Shown piece after piece: positions 28,866 through 39,398 of a DNA stretch of 64,000 nt. The stretch is from Desulfatiglandales bacterium (lineage in GTDB: Bacteria; Desulfobacterota; DSM-4660; Desulfatiglandales; Desulfatiglandaceae). Position 1 is the first letter of the stretch. Every line of letters starts with the position of its first letter. The notes below the pieces were generated by a model. That model saw only the letters and a program-made list of their open reading frames with translations. It was not told the DNA's origin and ran no database searches. The DNA lies in assembly GCA_963666345.1 (NCBI GenBank), contig OY762721.1:3456001-3520000 (forward strand). Reading direction: 5' to 3'. A program made the position numbers and the translations under genes.

Positions 28866-30083
28866 ATGCGAAAGTTATCATTATTTGTAATGATTGTATT
28901 CATGGTTTTCTCGGTTTGTTCTTGCGGTGAAAAAGCAGAAGACAAGACCAAGGAAATCCAGGAGTTAAAACAAAAGATCGCTGATTTAGAAGCCGAAAAT
29001 GCTCAACTCAAAAAGAAGATAGAAGAATTAACAAAGAAACCTGTCATTAAGCTGGGTGTTGCCGGTGCTCACAGCGGAGATCTTGCGTCTTATGGCATAC
29101 CTTCCGTAAAGGCTGCTGAACTGGTGGTCAAAGATGTCAACGCGAAGGGAGGAATCCTGGGCAGGGAGGTCCTGCTTCTGGTGGAAGATGATGCATGCAA
29201 GCCTGAAGTTGCCACAAACACGGCCACAAAGCTGCTGTCTCAGGGCGTTGATATTGTGATGGGACACATCTGCAGCGGCGCCACGAAGTCGGCCCTGGGT
29301 ATTTACAAGGATTCAAATATCATATGCATGTCACCATCGGCCACTAATCCTCCCCTGACCCAGAGCGGCGACTACCCCAATTTTTTCAGGACGATCGCCT
29401 CCGACGACGCACAGGCAAGGCTTGAGGTTGATTTCGCCACAGACAAACTGGGGCTCAAAAAGATCGCCGTTATCCATGACAAGGGTGACTATGGCAAGGG
29501 CCTGGCCGAGTTTGCCAAGGAATTCATCGAAAAGGACGGGAAGGCGGAAGTCGTTCTTTTTGAAGGCGTTACCCCCGGTGCTGTTGACTATTCGGCGGTA
29601 GTACAGAAGATCAAACGTTCCGAGGCCGACGGCGTAATCTTCGGCGGTTATCACCCCGAGGCATCTAAGATCGTCATGCAGATGAAAAAGAAGAGACTGA
29701 AAATACCCTTTATCTCTGATGACGGTGTAAAGGACGACACCTTTATCAAGGTCGCTGGAAAGTACGCTGAAGACGTATACGCAACAGGACCTAATGATGT
29801 CTCCCAAAACCCTCTGGCGGTCGCCGCCACAGAGGCCCATAAGAAGGCATACGGCTCAGATCCGGGCGCCTTTTTCCTGAATGCCTATACCGCCACCATG
29901 GCGCTTCTCAATGCCGTGGAAAAGGCAGGTTCAACCGATTTCGACGCGGTCAAAAAGGCACTTCAGACCGAATATGTGGACACCCCTTTCGGAAATATCA
30001 GCTTTGATAAGAAGGGTGATCCGATCGGAATCGGATTTGCCATGTACCAGGTCCAGAATGGCCAGTATGTGGAACTCAAGTAG
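28866..30083 (+). CDS. livK: Branched-chain amino acid ABC transporter substrate-binding lipoprotein
   Basis: EDDACKP, GHICSG, SPSATNP, FFRTIASD, YGKGLA, FGGYHPE; AGGAGG RBS. Confidence 0.9.
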   Translation: MRKLSLFVMIVFMVFSVCSCGEKAEDKTKEIQELKQKIADLEAENAQLKKKIEELTKKPVIKLGVAGAHSGDLASYGIPSVKAAELVVKDVNAKGGILGREVLLLVEDDACKPEVATNTATKLLSQGVDIVMGHICSGATKSALGIYKDSNIICMSPSATNPPLTQSGDYPNFFRTIASDDAQARLEVDFATDKLGLKKIAVIHDKGDYGKGLAEFAKEFIEKDGKAEVVLFEGVTPGAVDYSAVVQKIKRSEADGVIFGGYHPEASKIVMQMKKKRLKIPFISDDGVKDDTFIKVAGKYAEDVYATGPNDVSQNPLAVAATEAHKKAYGSDPGAFFLNAYTATMALLNAVEKAGSTDFDAVKKALQTEYVDTPFGNISFDKKGDPIGIGFAMYQVQNGQYVELK

Positions 30084-30098
30084 TTAACCAGGAATCTG

Positions 30099-30137
30099 AA
30101 ACCGGGGGCCGGACGTTTTTGTCCGCCCCTGGTTTTT
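30099..30137 (+). terminator. Stem-loop/terminator after livK
   Basis: AAACCGGGGGCCGGAC-GTTTTT-GTCCGCCCCTGGTTTTT. Confidence 0.65.
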
Positions 30138-30204
30138 GTTCCAAGCCGTCTCAATTATCTTGCGCCCCGCGCTGTCTCAAGGGCCCTTTGGAATAATACC
30201 CGAT

Positions 30205-31107
30205 ATGGAATATTTCCTTGAATTATTTTTCGGCGGATTGACCCGCGGCAGTATCTACGCCCTGATAGCACTGGGCTACACAATGGTCTACGGGATCATT
30301 GAATTGATAAACTTCGCCCATGGGGAGATCTACATGATCGGGGCCTTTATAGGGCTCATAGTCGCCAGTGTCCTGACCCTGCTCGGTCTGAATCACATTG
30401 CCATCATAGTTATCGCCTCCATTGTCGCGGTTATCTATTCAAGCGCCTATGGTTTTACGATCGAAAAAATCGCCTACAAGCCGCTTAGAAACGCACCCAG
30501 ACTCTCCGCACTCATCAGTGCCATCGGGATGTCTCTTTTCCTCCAGAACTATGTGCTGATCGCCCAGACCTCCGACTTTCTGCCGTTTCCGAGCCTGATT
30601 CCAGACTTTGAATTCATGGAGCCTATTGCGCATATCATCTCTTCACAGGAGCTTGTCATACTGATCTGCACCGCCGTTGTCATGATCCTTCTTACCTATC
30701 TCATAAAGTTTACCAGGACGGGCAAGGCGATGCGTGCCACATCCCAGGACAAGCAGATGGCCGCCCTTGTGGGGATAGATGTAAACAGGGTGATTTCGGT
30801 CACCTTTGTCGTGGGATCGGCCACCGCCGCATTAGGCGGAGTGCTTATAGCCTCTCATATCGGCATGATAAATTTTTACATAGGTTTTATCGCGGGAATA
30901 AAGGCATTCGTCGCGGCGGTTCTGGGCGGCATCGGGAGCATTCCGGGAGCCGTTCTGGGCAGTTTCGTGCTGGGGTGGACAGAGTCCTTTGCCACCGGCT
31001 ATATCTCAAGCGATTATGAAGACGTATTCGCCTTTCTCTTCCTTGTCTTCATTCTGATCTTCAGGCCTGCGGGCATCCTGGGACGATCAGAGAATCAGAA
31101 GGTGTAA
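30205..31107 (+). CDS. livH: Branched-chain amino acid ABC transporter permease
   Basis: YALIALGYTMVYG, INFAHG, GKAMRA, KAFVAAVLGGIG. Confidence 0.93.
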   Translation: MEYFLELFFGGLTRGSIYALIALGYTMVYGIIELINFAHGEIYMIGAFIGLIVASVLTLLGLNHIAIIVIASIVAVIYSSAYGFTIEKIAYKPLRNAPRLSALISAIGMSLFLQNYVLIAQTSDFLPFPSLIPDFEFMEPIAHIISSQELVILICTAVVMILLTYLIKFTRTGKAMRATSQDKQMAALVGIDVNRVISVTFVVGSATAALGGVLIASHIGMINFYIGFIAGIKAFVAAVLGGIGSIPGAVLGSFVLGWTESFATGYISSDYEDVFAFLFLVFILIFRPAGILGRSENQKV

Positions 31108-31140
31108 AGGCCTTTTATAGGGGTTTCCTTATATTTTGAC

Positions 31141-32367
31141 ATGTTTTCCTTAAATGAAATAAAAAAATCACTTCTCGCCTCCGCCTGGTTCATGTTCCTG
31201 ACCTTTCCAATCATGGTCATCAGGGTGAACACCATAGAAAACGTGGTCGAATGGCGCTGGAATAACCTCTACATGGTCGGGATCGGCAGTTTCGCGCTCT
31301 CAATGGTGTGGCGGTATATGCTGAAGCGCAAGGAGAGGGGCGGTAAGAAGGCTGATAACGGCCCATCGGACGCAAAACCTCTGGCCCAGAAGATCCTTGA
31401 AAACCGGAAGATCTCGGTGCCTGTGGTTGTGGCCGTATGCATCATAGTAATGTTCTTTCCCTTTGTGTTTTCAATGTATCAGACCAGTATCCTGATAACC
31501 GCCCTTACATATGTGATGCTTGGTCTGGGTCTCAATATAGTTATAGGCCTTGCTGGGCTTCTCGACCTGGGATATGTGGCCTTTTACGCCGTTGGCGCTT
31601 ACAGTTACGCCCTTTTGAATTACCATTTCGGGCTCGGTTTCTGGACTGTCCTACCTATCGCGGCAGGGCTGGGGGCCATGTTCGGAATACTTCTCGGTTA
31701 TCCGGTACTGAGACTCAGAGGAGACTATCTTGCCATCGTGACTCTCGGGTTCGGTGAGATAATCAGGCTCATTCTTGAAAACTGGAACGAGTTCTCATTC
31801 GGCCCGAGCGGCATCGCCAACATACCGAGGCCCTCCTTTTTCGGTATGAACCTGTCTGTTCACAGTGCCACGATATATACCTATTATATAATGGTAGGAC
31901 TCTGCATATTTACCATTTTTGTGGTAAACCGGCTCCAGGACTCAAGGATCGGAAGGGCATGGATAGCGCTCAGGGAGGATGAAATCGCCTGCCAGGCCAT
32001 GGGAATAGACAAGGCAAAGACAAAGCTCACCGCCTTTGCCCTGGGCGCAACATGGGCCGGGATGGCCGGGGTGCTTTTCGCGGCCAAGACCACCTTTGTA
32101 AACCCTGCCAGCTTCACCATCTGGGAATCGGTTATAATCCTCTGCGTGGTTGTGCTGGGCGGCATGGGTTCAGTGGTTGGAGTGATAATGGGGGCGCTGG
32201 TTCTGATCCTCCTGCCGGAGTATCTGAGGGCGTTTTCAGAATACCGCATGCTGATCTTCGGGGCGGTCCTTGTTACCATGATGGTCTTTCGTCCGGGGGG
32301 ACTCATCACCAATGTACGTCGCAGATACAAGTTTGAAGGTGGTGAAGGCGGAGGCCGAAAAGAATAG
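31141..32367 (+). CDS. livM: Branched-chain amino acid ABC transporter permease
   Basis: GLNIVIGLAGLLDLGYVAFY, LRLRGDYLAIVTLGFGEI, REDEIA. Confidence 0.93.
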   Translation: MFSLNEIKKSLLASAWFMFLTFPIMVIRVNTIENVVEWRWNNLYMVGIGSFALSMVWRYMLKRKERGGKKADNGPSDAKPLAQKILENRKISVPVVVAVCIIVMFFPFVFSMYQTSILITALTYVMLGLGLNIVIGLAGLLDLGYVAFYAVGAYSYALLNYHFGLGFWTVLPIAAGLGAMFGILLGYPVLRLRGDYLAIVTLGFGEIIRLILENWNEFSFGPSGIANIPRPSFFGMNLSVHSATIYTYYIMVGLCIFTIFVVNRLQDSRIGRAWIALREDEIACQAMGIDKAKTKLTAFALGATWAGMAGVLFAAKTTFVNPASFTIWESVIILCVVVLGGMGSVVGVIMGALVLILLPEYLRAFSEYRMLIFGAVLVTMMVFRPGGLITNVRRRYKFEGGEGGGRKE

Positions 32368-32372
32368 AAGAC

Positions 32373-33161
32373 ATGGAAACTATACTCAACGTACAGAAAC
32401 TGACTATGAATTTCGGGGGCTTAAGGGCCCTGGACAAGGTGGACATAGATGTAAAAAAAGGTGAGATCGTAGCCCTTATAGGGCCTAACGGGGCCGGCAA
32501 GACGACCTTTTTTAATTGCATTACCGGCATGTATGATCCCACGGCCGGGGACATATTTATCGAGCCGCCAGGCAAGAAGAAAGACAGGATAAACGGGCTT
32601 AAGCCCAACAAGGTGACCAAGAAGGGGCTTGCGAGGACCTTCCAGAATATACGGCTTTTTCCGAACATGACGGTGCTCGAAAACGTGATGATCGGCCGGC
32701 ACTGCCGCACTCATTCGGGAATCGCCGGGGCCATCTTCAGGGGGATTTCCACCAGAAAAGAGGAAAAAAGGATCATTGAAGACAGTTACGTCATACTTGA
32801 GAAGATAGGGCTTTCCCAGTATGTGAACGAACTGGCAATGAATCTTCCCTACGGAGCGCAGAGGCGCCTTGAAATCGCAAGGGCCATGGGTACCGAGCCG
32901 TTTCTGCTCCTGCTGGATGAGCCGGCGGCCGGGATGAATCCCCTTGAGACGAGAGAGCTTGATCAACTCATTACAAAGCTCAGGGATACGGAGGACATCT
33001 CCATACTTCTTATCGAACATGACATGAAGCTGGTGATGAGTCTGTCGGACAGGATTTTTGTGGTTGACTACGGGAAAAAGATAGCCCAGGGCACGCCTGA
33101 AGAGATCAAAAACAACCCCGTGGTCATAAAGGCCTATCTTGGAGAAGAACTCGATGCTTAA
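32373..33161 (+). CDS. livG: Branched-chain amino acid ABC transporter ATP-binding protein
   Basis: GPNGAGKTT, RTFQNIRLF, LPYG.QRRLEIARA, LLDEPAAG. Confidence 0.95.
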   Translation: METILNVQKLTMNFGGLRALDKVDIDVKKGEIVALIGPNGAGKTTFFNCITGMYDPTAGDIFIEPPGKKKDRINGLKPNKVTKKGLARTFQNIRLFPNMTVLENVMIGRHCRTHSGIAGAIFRGISTRKEEKRIIEDSYVILEKIGLSQYVNELAMNLPYGAQRRLEIARAMGTEPFLLLLDEPAAGMNPLETRELDQLITKLRDTEDISILLIEHDMKLVMSLSDRIFVVDYGKKIAQGTPEEIKNNPVVIKAYLGEELDA

Positions 33162-33861
33162 GCTCAAAAATATCCAAACATTCTATGGAAATATCCAGGC
33201 CCTGAAGGATGTCAGCATCGAGCTTTCCGAAGGAGAGATCGTCACACTCATCGGTGCCAACGGCGCCGGGAAGACAACCACCCTTATGTCAATCTCCGGC
33301 ATAGTTCCTGCCAGATCGGGTGAAATCTTCTTCATGGATGAACCTATCCATGATATGAGTCCCGACCTGATAGTGGCGCTTGGTGTCAGCCAGGTGCCTG
33401 AAGGACGCAGGATATTCCCATACCTCACGGTTTCGGAAAATCTTGATATGGGGGCCTTTTTAAGAAACGACACCGATGAGATACAAAAGGACAAGGAGTA
33501 TGTGTTCGGGCTTTTTCCGATCCTGGCGGAGCGAAGGAATCAGGCCGGAGGGACCCTGAGCGGCGGCGAGCAGCAGATGCTGGCGATTTCAAGGGCGCTT
33601 ATGGCCAGGCCCAGACTGCTCCTGCTGGACGAGCCTTCACTCGGGCTTGCACCTCTTTTTGTAAGACAGATCTTCGATATAATTGAAAAAATCAACAGGG
33701 AAAACAATACCACCATCTTTCTCGTGGAGCAGAACGCAAACCTCGCCCTGAAGGTCGCTCACAGGGGATATGTCATGGAAAACGGATGTATCACAATGAT
33801 GGACAAGGCGGGCAATCTGCTTTCAAACGAAGAGGTGAGAAAGGCATACCTGGGTATATAA
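33154..33861 (+). CDS. livF: Branched-chain amino acid ABC transporter ATP-binding protein
   Basis: GANGAGKTT, VPEGRRIF, LSGGEQQML, DEPSLGLAP, VEQNA. Confidence 0.95.
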   Translation: MLKLKNIQTFYGNIQALKDVSIELSEGEIVTLIGANGAGKTTTLMSISGIVPARSGEIFFMDEPIHDMSPDLIVALGVSQVPEGRRIFPYLTVSENLDMGAFLRNDTDEIQKDKEYVFGLFPILAERRNQAGGTLSGGEQQMLAISRALMARPRLLLLDEPSLGLAPLFVRQIFDIIEKINRENNTTIFLVEQNANLALKVAHRGYVMENGCITMMDKAGNLLSNEEVRKAYLGI

Positions 33862-33924
33862 GGGTTCAGGTTTTGATGCGGCCTTTGAAATGCCCTCAGA
33901 GAGATGAGGCCCCGGGTGCCCGGA

Positions 33925-34254
33925 CTATAATCCTGCCAGAGACCGCCATAATGCCACTGCCAGCATACCTGTAAGCACGGAACCGAAGAGGCTTCGCGTT
34001 TTCCAGGCCACAATCAGGGTCGGGATGGCGGCCCAGACAAAGACATTGTCCAATCCAAGTTTCAACCCCTCATCCCTTATCAGAAGTGAAGGCAGAAGCA
34101 TGGCGGAAAGTACCGAGACAGGGACATTCCCGAGCCACGCGATTACGCGTGGAGGAAGCGGTCTCGATGAAAGAAGCATGGAAGGAAGAAAACGGGGAAT
34201 ATAGGTCACAACCGCCATTCCCATTATTGTCAGGAAGATGCCTTCGGATCCCAT
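33925..34254 (-). CDS. azlD: AzlD family branched-chain amino acid exporter small subunit
   Basis: GM.VVTY.PR.LP, VP.SVL.A...P; overlaps end of azlC. Confidence 0.85.
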   Translation of the reverse strand: MGSEGIFLTIMGMAVVTYIPRFLPSMLLSSRPLPPRVIAWLGNVPVSVLSAMLLPSLLIRDEGLKLGLDNVFVWAAIPTLIVAWKTRSLFGSVLTGMLAVALWRSLAGL

Positions 34255-35114
34255 TGTTCAAATAATACCCCCAGGGTGGCGCCTATGAGTGTCGCGATTA
34301 TTATATTCCACCGATCCATGCCGGCCAGCAGAAGCAAAACCGACAGGGAACCGGTGATAATTGCCAGTAAGACCTGATTTATTTTTTTTATCTGAAGCAC
34401 TATGAGTGCTATGAACAGGGCGGGAAGGGCATAGTCGAGTGCGTATGCCTCTACATCGGCAACCAGACGTCCGGCCCGGGCGCCGATCCATGTCCCTGCG
34501 ACCCATGCCGACTGCGCGGTCACGTTTGTCGCGAAGACCTCCCTTTTGACCAGGCTGGTGGATCCGAAACTGGTCGAATGCACCGCAAATGTTTCATCCG
34601 TGACCTGAAAGGAGAAGGCTGCAAGCTCCGATGCCTTCCACCCCTTGAGAAAGGGAGCCAGGGCCGAAGTCATTATGAGGTGCCTGAGATTTACTATGAG
34701 GGTGGTCAGGACGATCGAAACACCCGGTACGGAGGCCTCAATGAGGCCGACCGCGATAAACTGGGCCGCGCCCGCATATACCAGCAGGGACATGGCAACG
34801 GTATTCAAAAAGGAAATGCCCGCCTTTTGAGCCAGGACCCCGAAGGCGAAACCCACCGGCACATAGCCCATTACGATGGGAAGTGCCCGGAGTATGCCGC
34901 GGATGACCCCCTCTTCCTTTTCAGTTCGTTTAAAGATGTCCTTTATATTCAATGCCTGTGTCCCGGGACTGCCTGGGGGTTGTCGATTCCTTCCATTGAC
35001 CGGATTGTCGTCAAACGGGATGGGCCTGTTCAAAGATGAAAAACCCGGTTCTATGAACCAGGTCGGAAATAACGGTTTTGACTTAAGGGATCGGGATAAG
35101 TGGCCAAAGATCAC
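34230..35114 (-). CDS. azlC: AzlC family exporter permease (true start probably near 34950)
   Basis: P.VMGY.P.G.AFG, MS..VYAGAAQF, NLRH, TDETFA. Confidence 0.88.
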   Translation of the reverse strand: MIFGHLSRSLKSKPLFPTWFIEPGFSSLNRPIPFDDNPVNGRNRQPPGSPGTQALNIKDIFKRTEKEEGVIRGILRALPIVMGYVPVGFAFGVLAQKAGISFLNTVAMSLLVYAGAAQFIAVGLIEASVPGVSIVLTTLIVNLRHLIMTSALAPFLKGWKASELAAFSFQVTDETFAVHSTSFGSTSLVKREVFATNVTAQSAWVAGTWIGARAGRLVADVEAYALDYALPALFIALIVLQIKKINQVLLAIITGSLSVLLLLAGMDRWNIIIATLIGATLGVLFEQWDPKASS

Positions 35115-35202
35115 TGAAATTGAAAGTGCCCGGAATTGCGCGGACTCGGCGTCCGGAAATTTTACCGGTGACTTCGATTAACCGCGGGATGGCCGTGCCG
35201 CG

Positions 35203-35841
35203 TTATTTTGATAAACGCAATCTCTGGCCCGGTTTAATCCCGGCCTTGGCATTCAGCCCGTTTATGCTGCAGAGCTCTTTCAGGGGGATTCCCCGGTTGC
35301 GGGAAATACCGTAAAGTGTGTCTCCCTTTTTGACGACATAGTAGAGTGTCTTTGAAGAAGCGGTACCTTTGCCGGGGGACGAACCTGCCGAGGCCTTTTT
35401 AGCTGGAAGAGGCGCCACTTTCTTGTCAAGGGAATCGATCCTCTTTTTTAACCCGGCCAGGGTCTTTGAATCGGATTCAAGATCGGCCGCGGCCCGACTA
35501 ATTTCCTTTTCAAGCAGGGTGATCCTTTTTTCCACCGCGTCAATTCGGGCTATCTTCGTGTCCATCCTTTCCAGCTTCGAGTTAAGGGCCTTAAGCTCAT
35601 CCTGGGAAATGCCTTGTCCGCCCCTGAACAGGAGGACCAGGATGACAACAACTATACCCAGTGCGATACCGAGGAATAGAGGGAGCCTGGCTGCGGAGCC
35701 TGAACCGTAACGAGCCCTGTTGCGGCCGGCGTCGGATTCATCGTAGGCGTAGTCAGGGTCTTGTTCAAAATCTTCCATGATCTCTATTTCATCCAGGTCT
35801 TTATCAGGGTGTTTTCTCATCGGTATCTCCTTGTTCGTCAT
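35203..35841 (-). CDS. Membrane-anchored coiled-coil protein with C-terminal LysM domain
   Basis: Single TM, heptad region, YVVKKGDTLYGIS...L...NGL...IKPGQRL. Confidence 0.85.
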   Translation of the reverse strand: MTNKEIPMRKHPDKDLDEIEIMEDFEQDPDYAYDESDAGRNRARYGSGSAARLPLFLGIALGIVVVILVLLFRGGQGISQDELKALNSKLERMDTKIARIDAVEKRITLLEKEISRAAADLESDSKTLAGLKKRIDSLDKKVAPLPAKKASAGSSPGKGTASSKTLYYVVKKGDTLYGISRNRGIPLKELCSINGLNAKAGIKPGQRLRLSK

Positions 35842-36315
35842 AAGTAAAAGGGATTTCAGAATTCAACTATAGGCCATAATAAGGTATCAAATCAACCCTT
35901 GATTATAATATTTCAGGAGCTGGTAAATTAATTTTCCGGCGTTTTTTTGCGGCACAGTCCCATGAGGGCCATATTTATGAGCCGGTCTGTTTTTCCGCAG
36001 GAAAGGGTTGCGTTAATTTCCTTGAGGGTCCCAACCCCGGGGTATATAAAACGAGAGAAGAGATAATTTACCTTGCCTGCACCTGTCTGGACGGCTGCGG
36101 CACCGGCACTCCTTTTTCCGGCCTTCTCTATTCCTTGCGGAAAAGTGACCTCATATATGGGGATTATAGGCAAATTGCTGTCTATTGATGCTGTGTGAGT
36201 ATGTTCACCTGTCGTATAAAATATTAAAGGATTCAATCGGCCAAGGGGCCGAGGGTCCAAGTGGGGGAGCCGTTTCCCGCTTTTCCCGTCTTTATCGCCG
36301 ATTTATAAGGCCGGA

Positions 36316-36376
36316 GAAATCGGGAACCCGCCCCGAGTTTTCCGAGGGGTGGGGCTGAGCGGAGCGGAGCAAAGAA
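36316..36376 (+). repeat. ~60-bp dispersed hairpin repeat, copy B
   Basis: GAAATCGGGAACCCGC-CCCGAGTTTTCCGAGGG-GTGGGGCTGAGCGGAGCGGAGCAAAGAA. Confidence 0.7.
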
Positions 36377-36471
36377 AAGAGCCCCGGTGCCTGCGCTCGT
36401 GCGTAAGGCGAAAAGAGGCGCGGGAAAGTGTAAATAGTGTGTTTTTGAAAACGAATATGGATTTGGAATTA

Positions 36472-37671
36472 ATGATGAGAAAACATTTTATAAAGGCAGG
36501 ATGGCTTATAGACGGAACAGGGGCCGGGGCAAAGAGGGATGTTACCGTCTGTTTGAATGGAGCTTTGATTTCCTCGATTGAAGAAGGCGCCTTTCAAACG
36601 GAAGAGGGGGCCGGTGTGGTGGATCTTTCGGACTGCACAATACTTCCGGGCTTAGTAGATTCACATGTCCATCTGTTCATGTCCGGGACGGCCGATGAAG
36701 GGATCAGAAAGAGACAGCTCAACTTATGCTTTGAGGATGCAAGAGAAGTCATTTCCAGGCATCTTGATGAGCATCTGTCCTGCGGGGTTGTGGCTGTAAG
36801 GGACGGAGGCGACTACGGGGGGCATTCGCTCAGGTATAAGAGGGAGTGTATGAAACAGAGTGGGCCTGTTCAGGTGAAATCTCCCGGAAAGGCGTGGAGA
36901 GCCGCAGGACGCTATGGAAGACTTATAGGAAGGCCTGTCTCACCGGGTGGCCGGCTCGGTAAGGCGATATCAGAGGAAACTGCCCCGATCGACCATATAA
37001 AGATAGTAAATTCCGGGCTTAACAGCCTCAGGGAGTTTTCAAGGCAGGGGCCTCCTCAATTCAGCCTTGAGGAACTTAGATCGGCCGTGTCCGAGGCCTT
37101 GAGACTAGGTATCGGTGTAATGGTTCACGCAAACGGCGGTATCCCCGTGTCTCTTGCCGTGGAGTCGGGCTGCACCTCGATCGAGCATGGCTTTTTTATG
37201 GGTGATGAGAACATCAGGATGCTTGCCGATAGCGGTACCGCGTGGGTTCCCACCGCATTCACAATGAAGGCCTATTCGGAAGGGTTAGACTCAGGCACGA
37301 TCGAATCGAGGGTGGCATGGCAGAACCTTGAGCATCAGCTCGAACAGATCCAAAAGGCAAATGAACTGGGTGTGGTCATGGCGATCGGTACGGACTCCGG
37401 GAGCCTTGGGGTTCACCACGGCTCTTCGGTGATAGAGGAGATGCGGCTTTTCAGACAGGCAGGCCTATCCGTTGAACAGGTCGTAAAGAGCGCCACTTCA
37501 AACGGTGCCTTGATTATGGGGCTTGAAAAAGATCTGGGCCGTATCGCAGCCGGGATTCCCGCCACTTTTGTCGCCGTGCCGGGTGGGCCGGAGGGCCTTC
37601 CCGAGGCCCTGATGAGACCGGAGGGGGTATGGATAAATGGAGAAAAACGGGTAAGTCAGGCAATCCTTTGA
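36472..37671 (+). CDS. Amidohydrolase family protein (prolidase-like subtype)
   Basis: PGLVDSHVH, RDGG, IK, VHAN, SIEHG, GTDSG. Confidence 0.88.
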   Translation: MMRKHFIKAGWLIDGTGAGAKRDVTVCLNGALISSIEEGAFQTEEGAGVVDLSDCTILPGLVDSHVHLFMSGTADEGIRKRQLNLCFEDAREVISRHLDEHLSCGVVAVRDGGDYGGHSLRYKRECMKQSGPVQVKSPGKAWRAAGRYGRLIGRPVSPGGRLGKAISEETAPIDHIKIVNSGLNSLREFSRQGPPQFSLEELRSAVSEALRLGIGVMVHANGGIPVSLAVESGCTSIEHGFFMGDENIRMLADSGTAWVPTAFTMKAYSEGLDSGTIESRVAWQNLEHQLEQIQKANELGVVMAIGTDSGSLGVHHGSSVIEEMRLFRQAGLSVEQVVKSATSNGALIMGLEKDLGRIAAGIPATFVAVPGGPEGLPEALMRPEGVWINGEKRVSQAIL

Positions 37672-38324
37672 AGAAAGGCCCTGAGCCTGTCTCTTATCGA
37701 TCTTATGACCAGTTCGGCCCTGCTCCTGCTGTGGTATTTTGCCTTTTGCTCAGGGGTCACCGACTCCGGGTCATGGCGGAGCTTTAGTTTGATTATGGCG
37801 ATGAAGTCGTCCTCCAGAAATCTGCGGTATATAAAATCAAGAGGAAAAAATCGGAACTCCCTTTTGCTGATGGATGCGGCCCAGTCAACAACATAGGGGG
37901 TCCCGTCCTCACCCAGAATTATATTGGGCGCCCTTTTAAGATCACAATGGGCGATTCCTCTTTCATGGAATCTTTTTACAAGATCAGTCAGGGCCTCAAA
38001 AAAATCGGGCGGAATCATGTCGTAGGATTCGAGTTGTTCCATGTTTTTCCCGGGGATCTGCTGCGTAACGATTGCCAGTCCGGACGCCCCGTAGAATTGA
38101 GGGACACCCTTGACGCCCCTGAGGGCCTTGTAGGCCCTTTTTTCTCGCCATATAAGGAATCTTCCGACAATATTGCGGAAAATGGCGCTGTTGGAGCTGA
38201 AATCCTTTACCACCGCTTTTGAATCCTTGTTTTCGACAAGCCATATCATAGGCCTTGTGCTGGAAGGGCCTCTGAGTACGGTGCATTTCCGTTTGGTAAG
38301 ATCTGAGGGTTTTGGTTCAAACAT
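37656..38324 (-). CDS. RIO1/Kdo-like protein kinase-fold protein
   Basis: VVKDF, RE..A...L.G..GVP, H..GIAHCDLK..PNI, VVDW. Confidence 0.8.
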   Translation of the reverse strand: MFEPKPSDLTKRKCTVLRGPSSTRPMIWLVENKDSKAVVKDFSSNSAIFRNIVGRFLIWREKRAYKALRGVKGVPQFYGASGLAIVTQQIPGKNMEQLESYDMIPPDFFEALTDLVKRFHERGIAHCDLKRAPNIILGEDGTPYVVDWAASISKREFRFFPLDFIYRRFLEDDFIAIIKLKLRHDPESVTPEQKAKYHSRSRAELVIRSIRDRLRAFLQRIA

Positions 38325-38345
38325 GGTTTGCCTGACCGGAGCTTT

Positions 38346-39008
38346 CTATATTTTTTCCCGAAGCCATCGGCACCATTCCATTATGCCCTGGCCGGTTTTG
38401 CATGAAATCTCAAAGATTACAAGTCCGGGATTCACCTTGAGCGATTCCTCCCGGATCCTGTCCAGACTTGTATCAACATAGGGAAGCAGATCAATCTTAT
38501 TGATGAGGAGCGCTTCCGATTCCCGGAACATGAGAGGGTATTTCGATGGTTTGTCGTCTCCTTCGGTCACACTCAGTATCATCGCCTTGAAGTGTTCCCC
38601 GACCTTGAACTCGGCAGGGCAGACCAGATTGCCCACGTTTTCGATTATCAGGAGGTTTATCAGGGAAAGATCCAGCTTTTCAAAGGCATTCCTGACCATG
38701 TTGCCGTCAAGATGGCATGCTCCCCCGGTGTTTATCTGTACTACCTGTATGCCCTTTTTCGCTACTCTCTCGGCGTCATGGCTCGACTGAATATCCCCTT
38801 CTATAACTCCCAGATTCAATTCGCTCTTCAGATTATCGATGGTTCTTTCGAGAAGGCTGGTTTTGCCCGCACCCGGAGAACTCATCAGGTTAACGGCCAA
38901 TAGGGCGTTTGAATCGAAAATCGCCCTGTTTTCAAGGGCGATTCGATCATTGGCCTCAAGAATATTTCTTACCACTTCAATCTTCATGACAGTCTGCTTT
39001 TCCCTCAA
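38346..39008 (-). CDS. hypB: Nickel insertion GTPase HypB
   Basis: SSPGAGKT, IEGD, CHLD, ENVGNLVCP, EGDDKP.KYP, NKIDL. Confidence 0.95.
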   Translation of the reverse strand: MREKQTVMKIEVVRNILEANDRIALENRAIFDSNALLAVNLMSSPGAGKTSLLERTIDNLKSELNLGVIEGDIQSSHDAERVAKKGIQVVQINTGGACHLDGNMVRNAFEKLDLSLINLLIIENVGNLVCPAEFKVGEHFKAMILSVTEGDDKPSKYPLMFRESEALLINKIDLLPYVDTSLDRIREESLKVNPGLVIFEISCKTGQGIMEWCRWLREKI

Positions 39009-39346
39009 CCGACTTCCATCTCAATGATGGAGAGTTCCTGCCCGGAAAGCTCCGAGATATCCGTTCCTTCGCACCCGGGGCATACAAATTCAAATTCCCT
39101 GATCTCGAATTCCCTGCCGCAGTCGGCGCAGATTCCCCTTAAGGGGATGGACTCTATTATCAGATCCGCTCCATCAAGCTCGGTCCCGGATATTATCAAC
39201 CCAAAGGAGAAAGAGAGGGCCTCCGGAACAACAGCCGTTAATGCGCCCACATGGAGAAGGACCGATCTAAGCCGGTCTGCCCCGTTGATTTTCATTTCTT
39301 CCCTGATAATTTTTATCAGGTTTTCCGCAATGGCCATCTCATGCAT
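39005..39346 (-). CDS. hypA: Nickel metallochaperone HypA
   Basis: MHE N-terminus, CxxC...CPxC, G.EL. Confidence 0.95.
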   Translation of the reverse strand: MHEMAIAENLIKIIREEMKINGADRLRSVLLHVGALTAVVPEALSFSFGLIISGTELDGADLIIESIPLRGICADCGREFEIREFEFVCPGCEGTDISELSGQELSIIEMEVG

Positions 39347-39398
39347 GGGCGTCTCTTTTCCGGCCGTTTCATGGGGAAAACGACGGCCTCAAAATTGC

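Noticed and set aside
35068..35081. Fourth HcpR-like box TTGACTTAAGGGAT upstream of azlC
   Set aside because: Right half-site is broken; more likely a -35 element
35928..36260. 110-aa ORF, plus ORFs 46164-46469, 45790-46017 and 11711-11935
   Set aside because: No independent coding signal; they overlap repeats or are pieces of the degenerate elements already described
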